DNA of 64,000 bases from Tubulanus polymorphus (taxonomy: Eukaryota; Animalia; Nemertea), in the NCBI RefSeq assembly GCF_964204645.1, contig NC_134025.1:2666001-2730000 (forward strand). Direction: 5' to 3'. The number at the start of each line of letters is the position of its first letter. Position 1 is the stretch's first letter. Positions 23,045-42,200 of the stretch are shown here, piece by piece. The position numbers and the translations under genes were made by a program. The notes below the pieces were generated by a model. It did not search any database and was not told the DNA's origin. It saw only the letters and a program-made list of their open reading frames with translations.

Positions 23045-23860
23045 ACTTATACATGTAACATAGCTTAGCATGAAATAAAATAATATTTCATAGTCGTTTT
23101 ATTAGTTTTTGACGATTTATTATTTTTTTTTTTCCGATTTTCTATCATTACTAAATAAACTTTTCACTCCTCGACAAGGAAAGCCACGAAATAACATAGG
23201 AAAAAGACATTTCTGAATGAATTGATATGAAGTTTATTTTGAGGAAGATATAATTTGTTCAAGACAAATTGTTTGGTTAGAGAATTCAAACTGATGTAGA
23301 TAAAGTCTACAGTGAATCAGGAATGTCAACACTGTCAGCTGTATACTGCATTGAACTATTGACACTGGTCTAGGACAATAAAATCCTCAGTACTGATCTC
23401 CTGTCGCCTAAAACACGCTAAATTTAAGTAAATATTGTTGTGAACACACTTGTTGATTCATTAAATCTTCACAATTATTATGCATATCATTTCAACACTA
23501 GTGAAAATATTAGAAAAATAGATTGTGCTTTTGTATATGATGTGAAAATGCTTCATTCTATAAGGCTTTAGTGTGCTGAGCTCGTTCTCTGGGTTATATT
23601 TAGAGGATACATTTTTATAGACTCTGAATCTGGAAATAACTCCCATACAATCTACATCAATGGTACCATTTACAGTACAATCAAAAATTTGTTATAAACT
23701 TCTCATTAAAAATAGACCTGATAATATATTACAAGGTGTATATCGTAAAACTTTTCATAAATATAACATTTCCTGAATTGTACATGGACGGATTATTCTG
23801 AGAAAGCTAATTATGACAACATTTGATGTGCATATAAAATCAACTTAAACAATTCTTAAG

Positions 23861-23975
23861 TACAGTATCTGGTCAAATCCTCTTAATCAGGATTTTCATC
23901 TAATCCGGACCATTTACTTTCCATCTTGCTTAAGTGTGCCACAGTATTTATCTGGATTGAGTAGGTTCTACTGTA
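23861..23975. mobile_element. Short TA-flanked MITE remnant (TACAGT...ACTGTA) with TAATCCGGA motifs
   Basis: Inverted termini; a related copy with the same internal motifs lies at about 52470-52628. Confidence 0.5.
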
Positions 23976-24136
23976 TAAGCATACAGAAATGTTTTTTTTT
24001 CTGAGAGATTTCATTACTGAAAACCTAACCATAGAGTAGGGATCGTTTTTAATCTCATCAGTTCCTGGATGAAGCGCAGGTAGATACTGTTAGTCCATGC
24101 TGCATGAGATGCTATTTTTCTCTCTCCCTTTTGGTC

Positions 24137-32104
<7,968 letters not shown>

Positions 32105-32639
32105 AGTGAATAAACCTGTAATGTAATAGAATACAGCTCTTGAAACCGCTATAGGTCCTAAACTTATATCAAACTAGTTTTCTTTTTCAATTGGCTGTGA
32201 CTTCTCTAGTAGTTAGTGGCATTCAGTGATGTTGTCTCTGACTCTAGCCCTAGTCCTTGGTTGGTTTGCTGGGCCGGGAATAAGCTTACCAAATTTAACT
32301 AATTAACATAAATGTCATAGAATTGTCAAAGGCAGGTCACAGTCATTACCATTCATAAAAATGCCAAAAGAAAGAATTACCCATTTTTTAGGAACTCGAA
32401 GAACTAATTAGAACTCAGTAGTAGGCCAGGGAAGTAGAGTAGTATTTTTTAAGTAGTAATTTTATCGTTTAGCCTACTAATAACTTGTGTGGCTAAATTT
32501 TAGTGAAAACTGATCGTGTAAAGGCCAGGGGGTTAGTTAGGGGACGTCAGATTGGAGCACCTTCGTTAGGACTATTCTCTGGGCAGGTAAAGTGCATCAA
32601 TAAGTGTATCAAACAAGAACTAAATCAATTTCTTTACGT

Positions 32640-32800
32640 TTGTTGAATATTTTTTCTATCCCTGTTCCGCCATATTGAAGCCATATCCAGCTATCTGATT
32701 GGTTAAAACCGAAACTCGTCTCTATAGATACACAACCCGGAAGTGTTTGCGGGAAATTTAAAACAGAACCAAAAACTGTCTGTTTTTCTTGGTTTCTACA
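32640..32800. promoter_or_regulatory. Bidirectional LRRC9/CKAP2 promoter: YY1-like, CCAAT, X-box, ETS, E2F/CDE-CHR motifs
   Basis: CCGCCATATT 32667-32676, CTGATTGGTT 32695-32704, GTCTCTATAGATAC 32718-32731, CCGGAAGTG 32737-32745, TTTGCGGGAAA 32746-32756 and TTTAAA 32757-32762, all between two head-to-head genes. Confidence 0.7.
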
Positions 32801-32825
32801 CCTTATTCTCTAGAAACCTTCCCAT

Positions 32826-35601
32826 ATGGCACCTACGAGCAAAGCAGAACGAGGTATCAAATATTTATGTATTTTGATCATTTAAATTACTGTGAAAACA
32901 GTGAAATATTAAAGAAAACACTCAATTACAGAAATTACAACAAAAGTAGAAATCAAATTTATTTTATTATGCAAAGCATAGACCCCGAAGTTTGGGCTGG
33001 TGTAGGATTTGAAGAGTGGTCAGTGAATTTATACTTATAGCTGGCTTGCTGATTGAAATACTTACTTAACTATTTTTGATATTATGCAGAAGCTGCTTAT
33101 CTAAAGAGGTTGGAAGAATGGAAGGAAAAGAAGAAAAAGGAGTCGTCTGAAAATAAATTCACCAAATGTAAACCTGCAACAACTTCTTGTGTTCAAAAGA
33201 AACGAAATTATCTGCAATCAAAGAATGTTAACTCAAAGAAAAATAGCTTCAATGCTTTACAGAGGTAAACTTAGAAACATTTTATTTTGTTTCAAAAATA
33301 CCTGCTGGGAATTTAATATGGAGAATTTTTTTTTCTCATTTTCAAGCTGTAAAACTCCTGTTGCTGCAGTTCCTTCTACTAAAGAAAATACTGACAAAGA
33401 CACCTTCAAAGAAGCCAATGATATTATGAGGTAGGAGTTAATTTTTCGTTAATTTTCTAGGATTTTCTCCATGGTTTATTTCAATGATTATTATTTTAGA
33501 GATAAATTACGCAAATGGAAAGAAAATAAAGGAGAAACGCTAATGAGGTAGGCAAACAAAGTCTCCAGAGATTTTTATATTCAGTCTGTGTTCAATCCGA
33601 CAAGCTCAAGTTTTAGCTCAAACTAGTCATTTGAATCTCATTTTGTTTTAATAGGCCTATTCTTTTTCAGGAAAGACGCAAATTCGAAATCAGTAAAACC
33701 GATATATCAAACACAAACTGTGAAATCATCAGGATATGGAAGAAAAACACCAGGAAAAAATCATCAATTGAAAGACTTACATTCGAAATCAACTGTTAAC
33801 AATAACGTGAAATGCAATATGGGGAATAAAACAACCACAGTTAAAACTGATTTGAATGAACGTCATTCGAGATCAAAATCATTAGGTTTTCTCGGTCAGA
33901 AACCTGGGAATAGTGCAGTAGAAAACTCCGTGCAAAGAGCTCCGCCAGGATCTATTCAGAAACTACGAGTTCATTTTGTTTCGCCTGTTCGTAAAAGTCC
34001 ACGGTTTCAAAATTTCAAAACGAAACACGTGGAGCAGCAATCAATGAGGTTGGTACACAATTCTAAGCAAAAGAAAAAAGTATTTCTTTTGACATTTTCC
34101 ATCACAGGCATTTTTAAAATGAAGAGTTCTCCAAGTGCGCATGTATTAATCAGATAAAGGTCTTATTGAATTGACGTCCAAAATCACATTGAATTCTTCA
34201 ATTGATGTTCTTTTAGAAATAAGTTAGATGATTGGCTTAAAGCTAAAGGAAAAACTCCAAGCAGATACAATCACCTGATGTGTTTCGGTGCTCATGTGTC
34301 GGCTAAAAGGAAACAACAAAATGAAGCGAAAAGAGGACTTTCAGTCGATGAACTTTCAAAGCAGGTTCGTGTGAAAAATCATCCAAATAATCGTATACTT
34401 TCTGAAGATTTTAGATTCTGGAATGTGAGGTGTATTTAATATAGGTGTATTTCATTTTAGGAATCTTGTTTGAGGAATGAAAATATTCAGCGTAATCTAC
34501 TGCCTGATTTAAATGATGAAGTTGAATCTAATTCTATAACTCAATCATCATCGACGAATAGTGAGCATTCTACTGTAAGTGATAACCAAGAAATATTACA
34601 AAAATCGGAAGAAATGATGGATGAATGCATGAATTTATACAGTGCTGTAAGTAAAATAATTCTTCCTATAATAATCACATCTATCATCTATGCATAATGT
34701 TCTTTAAAATTGAATTTTTCTCCATTCAGGGCTGTCCCAGTGAGAATGTTATACAATGGCTCGATGAAATGGCTGCAGAAATTCCATCTCTGAAATCATT
34801 AGCGCGTTATTGGTTGAATCGTATTAAGATAATTGCGGAAAGTCCAGATAAAACTGATAACGATGTACTGGCTGAGTTTGAACTGGCTATAATACACAGA
34901 GCTGATGTATTTAATTTTCCTGAAATCGAAAAATACTTAATATGGTTTCAAAAAGATTTAATTCTGTTTTTACTTGTGTTTTCATTTTGTAGCCTGGAGA
35001 AGAAATGGCTTCGGCTTTGAGAGAATTTGTTCTTAAAATGAAAACAGATGCTACGATATCTTCTGAAGCATCATCAGATCTTCCAGGTTAAAAAAATTCA
35101 CTTTGTTTCAAGAAAATATCAAACAATAACATTATATTTGTATAATAATGTTTATATTTCATGTATATCAGAGACACCAACCGCAGAAAATGATGATCGT
35201 TTAATCTACAAAACTCCACAGACATCTCAAAGACAAGCGAATAAACTTAACAAAGAGAATATATTTGAATCTTCCACAATCAAATACACAGTAGTTGAAA
35301 ATACACCACTTTTGAAAAGGTGAATGAACAAAATAATCTAATAATTGATGAAACACTTTCTCCATGATAAACTGAATTTACTGATATGTGTTTTGATAAT
35401 AATAGGATGCGCACACGCTTGAGTCCTTCGAATATACCATCAGCAGTAGTAACACCAGTAAGAAGATCAACTAGAAAGAGTACTGGAACGCTTCCAAAGA
35501 TGTTTCAAGATCACGAAACTGTCGTCAACACTTTGGATGATATCGAAGATTCTCACAGGAAAACTGCTATATTTCAATCAAATTCTGTTTTGCAAGCTTA
35601 A
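32826..35601 (+). CDS. CKAP2: Cytoskeleton-associated protein 2 / CKAP2-like (spindle MAP)
   Basis: Eleven exons: 32826-32853, 33090-33264, 33347-33430, 33500-33547, 33671-34048, 34217-34364, 34461-34646, 34730-34906, 34993-35086, 35172-35319, 35406-35601. CKAP2_C motifs KLDDWLKAKGKT, ECMNLYSAGCP...IPSLKSLARYW and TPVRRSTR...LPKMFQDH; KEN boxes present. Confidence 0.85.
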
Positions 35602-36285
35602 AATCTATGAATAACTTTTACTTATTGTGTTATATTGTTATTTTCCCACATCTATGAATGCCAATAAATCTTGAAAATTATTGATCATTTATACATATCA
35701 TGTTTCTAATCTTTTTAATAAAACTTTTTAGTGAATTTCCCGCACCAAAAGTACATACTTCTGCTTAAGCCTTACTACTACAAGCCATTTAAAAGCAATT
35801 TACAACGTGTAGATTAAGATAATATATTTAGGATACAAACAAAGTGTAAATTAGGAGATTCGAGTGCCCCATGAGCTTCCAGTTCAAAATGTGGGATTCG
35901 AACCGAGAACCGCAGATCAAGCGCGACGTAGACTGGTTACCGGGGTCAGGTAACCAGTCTATGCGCGACACACAAGTGTGTTGAATTGCAGCTAGGTGTC
36001 ACTAGTAGTATCGCTGGATTAATTGTTTAGAAAACACCCTGAATGAGTCATAAGTATCGGTTTTTAAACTCACTCAGCGATGGATTGATGTCCATCAGAT
36101 AAACGGATAAAATGTGACATGAAAACCATCGCGTTTACTGAAATATGAGGTTGTTTTAAACTGGATTAATGCGAGAACCTGTCCTTTCACTCAATTAAAT
36201 TTAAATTCAATTTTGTTGCTTGAGTATTGTATTTACGTTTTTAAACATGAATTTGATAGAATTCTATCGTAACTCCACTGGCGTC

Positions 36286-39200
36286 ATGTTTAATTGGAGT
36301 TCATTTCTGCTGGTGATTTTAATGACTATTTCGTCCATTGTTGCTGAAACGTACGTTGGCGGTCCGATATATCACGATACAACACTATCGAAGGCGCGAA
36401 GTCCGTATAAAGTGCGCTATCCATTAAGTGTTGGAAAGGACGCTAAAGTGACTATTGAACCTGGCGTTGAAATGCAGTTTGCTCCGGCCGTTGGATTTGC
36501 AATTAATGGAACTCTTATCGCAAGGGTACGTTTTACTTCTTTGAAATGCTTTATGCTGTAGGCAGGGCCAGGGGGTAGCGGGTCAACTCATACCCAGGTC
36601 AATTTGTACCCTATTGCGGAAATTGTATAGTTAGGTATATTTTAAGACTTAAAAAGGGATACAAGTTGACTCAAGTACTAGGGGTCATCCTTATTACCGA
36701 GATGATGTATTTTACCGAGACGAACCGAGATGAAATGAAATATAGCATATTTATTTATTCCTTATCGATTTTAACACTTGAAATCATGTTATATCAGTAA
36801 TAAATACCTCCTAGAATCATATTTTACATGTTTTATTTATTTAAAAAAATTTTGACTTCAAATACGTAAACTCGGTTAGCAATAAAATTTCATTGAATTT
36901 GATTGATCGACGATCTCATCTCGGTAAAGTTAAGTTATTCTTCTACAAAAATATCCGACAAAATATGTAAAATATGAACCCAGCAGGCATTTATTACTGA
37001 TATATGATATGATGTCAATTGTTAAAATCGATAAGGAATAAATAAATATGTTATATTTTATTTCATCTCGGTTCATCTCGGTAAAATATGTCATCTCGGT
37101 AATAAGGATGACCGAGCGGGTCAACTCATACCCAGGTCAATTTGTACCCTATTGCGGAAATTGTATAGTTAGTTATATTTTAAGACTTAAAAAGGGATAC
37201 AAGTTGACTCAAGTACTAGGGGTCATCCTTATTACCGAGATGATGTATTTTACCGAGACGAACCGAGATGAAATGAAATATAGCATATTTATTTATTCCT
37301 TATCGATTTTAACACTTGAAATCATGTTATATCAGTAATAAATACCTCCTAGAATCATATTTTACATGTTTTATTTATTTAAAAAAATTTTGACTTCAAA
37401 TACGTAAACTCGGTTAGCAATAAAATTTCATTGAATTTGATTGATCGACGATCTCATCTCGGTAAAGTTAAGTTATTCTTCTACAAAAATATCCGACAAA
37501 ATATGTAAAATATGAACCCAGCAGGCATTTATTACTGATATATGATATGATGTCAATTGTTAAAATCGATAAGGAATAAATAAATATGTTATATTTTATT
37601 TCATCTCGGTTCATCTCGGTAAAATATGTCATCTCGGTAATAAGGATGACCGAGCGGGTCAACTCATACCCAGGTCAATTTGTACCCTATTGCGGAAATT
37701 GTATAGTTAGTTATATTTTAAGACTTAAAAAGGGATACAAGTTGACTCAAGTACTAGATGACTGTATTGAAGGTGTATAGCGATCCTCCCTCTACAGGAT
37801 TCTGGGGATCGAGATTCTTGTACATGCAGAAAACCGAAGAAAGTATAAAATGTTGATGTTTTCTTTTTTTCAGGGGACACCCGAAAATAGAATAGTATTC
37901 ACGAAATTACAACCAGCAGGAAGTAATTTTGGATGGCCGTCCGATATACGATTGGTTGAAAGTTTCACCGTGAGACAAGGTCGTTTACAGATGTTCTATA
38001 AGAACAGGTGGAGAGGTGTTTGTACGAATTATAGGAAGTAAGTTTTCAAATGATGAAATCTCTTTTCTTGAGTGTCCAAGGACACCTGTTATGTGTTCAG
38101 GCCTTTTATCTCTTCATGAAATGACATCCTTAAGATGTTAAAGGGAAATTGAAAGGTAGCAAAAGAAAATCTAGTTGAGACTCAAATTGACGTTTCACTT
38201 TAGTGGTCACCATTGGGAAAGCAGGGTCCCTACAACTCCTTGAATCCTTGAAAACTCCTTGATTTTTGAATATATTTTTCAAGGTCCTTGAAAATCCTTT
38301 AATTTTGAGAAATATCCATAAACTCCTTGAAACTCCTTAAATTCTGGGAAACTCCTATTAAAAATTTTCAAAAGGTCCTTTTCAGAAGACAGTGTATTCT
38401 ATTATTCTTCATTGTGTGACTTGTGAGTGAAAGTTGTTTCACTTTGAGATTTAAAACATTTAAACATTAAAACCAAAACGGCACACACAACAACTGATCA
38501 AAATTTGAGAAAAACATGGATTTCGTTTTTGAATTTTCGACTTTTTTTCCTTATATATGGCCGCGTAAACCTCCTTGAATTTTGAAAATTACTCCTTGAA
38601 AATTCCTTGAAAAGTCCTTGAATTCTGGATACCAGGAATTGTAGGAACCTTGGGAAGGTAGACCTGTGAGAATACCAATCAGGGGTGGGGGGGGGGGTTC
38701 GTCTGTCTAGCCTATAAACATTGTAGATTAAGGGAGAGCACTAGACATTAACACCCCTATAAATGTCAGAAACTAAATTATATCCAATCCTGGATCTGCC
38801 CCTACTTTATCTGTAGTTATCAAAAGGAAATAATTTTTCATTTAGTGCTACGGCTAATTCTATAGGTGGGGATAACAGGTGAGAGATAATTCAGTGATTC
38901 GTGGTGTTTTTGTTGTTAAGAGATGATCAATGATTGTGTTGTATTCTCACTGTTGTAGTTGTATTGAATCATACATGTATAATAATTGTGTTCTCATTTC
39001 TGTTGACGTTCGATTCACAAGTTTAATGATCAGTATTTGACGATTCACTGGTTTTCTTACTGTATTTGGGTGTAGTCGTTAAGATACAGCAGAATTTCAC
39101 AACAGAAGAATTTGTATGGACGATATGACCGCTAAAATGGTCTAATTGGGTTTTCTATGTACGGTACTAGGTTTTTGTAACAATGACAAAGTTATTTGAA

Positions 39201-42200
39201 TAATGTCCTTAAAAGGAAATCAATGTTCCATATTAGTGCAGGAGTTCATTGTGTGGGGCGCATTATATATAGACTTACTGATAATAAATACTTGAAATAC
39301 GCAGTACAAATACCATAATAAAAGCAATATGGTTTTGCTTTTTAAACGGAAACAAAATTACTGAAACTATTTCTAGGGATATATGAGCATTTCAAACAGT
39401 TATTTCATCAGATTTTGATGGCTGTGAGGACAGACGCACAATATAGAATCCCACAATAGAAATAAGAAGTAGAGTCCGAAATGTTTCCTAGTTTATGTAT
39501 GAGGTAGTTATCTATATCCTAAGTCATCCTTATTCTCAGTTACAACAAAATAATGAGTATATATAAATAAGTATATATATATACAATCTTGAACAAAGAG
39601 ACTAAGCAAAAAGATGTGATACAAACTGAAGGGTAACATCAAGCATAAAAACAGTTACTTAAAAAGCAAAACATCGAAATAAGCTCAAGGAAACATTTCA
39701 GACTCTATTTTCATCCTGAATGTGGTATTTAAACATCATCCTTACTACAACGCAGAGAAAATGTGGCATTAATGATTGACCCTTAATTTGACTGAACATA
39801 AAATATTGCGATACTATCTGTATTTCTAGTTGGACTAAAGAGTCTTCCGATGTCGCTTGTCGTCAGTTAGGTTTTGAAGCTGGTAATTTCACATTTGAAC
39901 CGGTAGCTGATAATGAAACCTATTATATGCTGTTTGAGAATCCCCAGTGCTCCGGGCTTGAGTCCAGTCTTTATGCCTGCCCTGGAATGAAATCAATATC
40001 TCTTGGAAAACATGTTTGTGGTATGTATAATTTTATTCTCGTCTTATTATCAATCCAGTTCTAAAAGGAAATGTGAAATAATGCTTTTTAAGTCCAATTG
40101 ATTTATGTTAGTGTCGTTGAAATCTAGATGAACTCGGTTTGAATCCAAATCTTAATCATCGTGTACAAAGTATGTAGAAATAATGAAGAACTTTCAACTC
40201 ATCTCAACAATTATTCAAAGCTGCTAACAATTTTCCAGTGTATTTTGTACTGTTTTCTTTTTGGTAGATTTTCTTTTTCATTCTTTTTCTAAACTTAAGC
40301 TAAGCTTGTGGCCATTATTTTACATGTATTTTCATAGAAATTCACAGAATTTGAGCTTTTCTTTTTATCAACGTATTTTTTACATTCTAGTCTTATAACA
40401 GGGCTGATATTACTTGATTCTTTGAAAACTGCTCTGAAAATTTCGAAAGATTTCTCTTAAACTCATTGGAACCTGAAAAACCTCTAAAAAATCTAATGAC
40501 CAATTTGCTTTTGGTGACAATTATTCCTGGCTTTATCAACAAAGCAACTATCGACTTGAATATTTCTCTGGAATTCAGGAATGATTTTAAACTGTACAAA
40601 CTATGATGAAATATTTTTTTTAAAATAGATAACCAGATTACAGCCGGTTTAGTGTGTACGGGAATCAATCCGATAATCGAAGATTCGTACTGGAAAGGTT
40701 TAACGTTCTTCAATTCGACGTTCAAATTAGTGACGTCGTCGATAAACCGGCGCTGGAACGAATCGGCGTCGATCCTAGAATACGTAGATATCATGTACGC
40801 CGGAGTTAACGAAACTAGGAATCTAACGGCGGCGCTCAGCGCTAGTCCGCACCCTCCCGCGCTCAATAACGTACGCATTATGAACAACGCGTTCGATGGC
40901 GTTAATTTCACGGAGGTGACCGGTTCGGTGAAAATCAGAAACAGCGAATTCTCAAACAATAGAGGTAAATATCGGCTGTCGTCAAACAGAATACCGGTAC
41001 TCGCTGAGCTTCATTGATGTGGCCACAAAATAATCCATGGGTCAAGTCAGGAATTTGAATATCAATCCGGGTCTTTTCTAGTGATGAGTGGCACAAATTT
41101 TCATGAAAGCTGCTTAATTAATATCAATTGTTCGTGCGTATGAAGAAGTTTCGTTTTATTTCAGGGAATGGAGTAAATATAACATCTTTCTTCGGTTTTA
41201 TCGATATATCTGGCAGTAAATTCGTGAGGAATAAAGGTGATGGTATCCGAGCTCGGTTATTGGACGGTGTTTTTCATTCGTATCTGGGCAAGAATCAGTT
41301 TTGTCAACGAGCTGGTTTCGCTATCGAGCAATTCCCCTTGATTCTCCCGGGACTAGCCTATGCTACCCCTCCTTGTGGTCAGGTACGGTATTTATCTCAG
41401 ACGCAATTGATCGTTTCAAACTGTTTGACTGGCTTTTGATATTCATTGATTGCGAAATATTATCTTTCGTTTTCTGGAACGTAATTATTTGGATTTAATT
41501 TTATTGCAGCAATTAACGACGAAGCCTGGTGATGTAATAACTGCTAGTTTGATGGAAGTTCAAGTCGATCCGTCGTCATCTGGTCAGCTGGATTTCTACG
41601 ACGGTCGTGATCCGTCGCATTCGCTGTTGAAATCTATTCAATTAAATAACTACACATTTCACCAAGCGATAACGACCACTAACGATCGATTATACATCAA
41701 GTTTTCATGGAAAGGCGTTTCACCGATGGGTTGTCGATATTTTCGCCAATGTCTCAAGTTTACATTACTACTGACTTCGGGAAAAAGTAAGTTTATTTCC
41801 GCGTGGTTGTTATACAGGCTGGTTCTCTTTTTATGTTTCTCAGACAATCTACCGGGAATACCTTATAGTCTTTGCCTGGCAATCTGCTGTCAGTAACCAT
41901 CACTTTCTCTGTACCAATCTCCTCCAGACAGACTTTCACCGCTGTTATCATGATTGTCACCACTTCTCCGGTCAGGACCCCGGCTATCTTTATTTGTAAA
42001 TGAATCAAAATTTTTACTTAGCCCTACAAAATCACATTTAACAAATAACTTATGGAATATAAGATCATCCAGACTTCACCCCACGATCATCGAATGGCAA
42101 TTGCCTGAACACAAGCGGCAGATTGTATCAATAGCAAAATTAGCATTTATCAATAGTGTAAAGTATTTTGGGCATCTTACTTTCAGAGAAACACAATGAC

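Noticed and set aside
36930-37780. Duplicated 64-96 aa ORFs
   Set aside because: They arise from the tandem MITE array and show no coding features.
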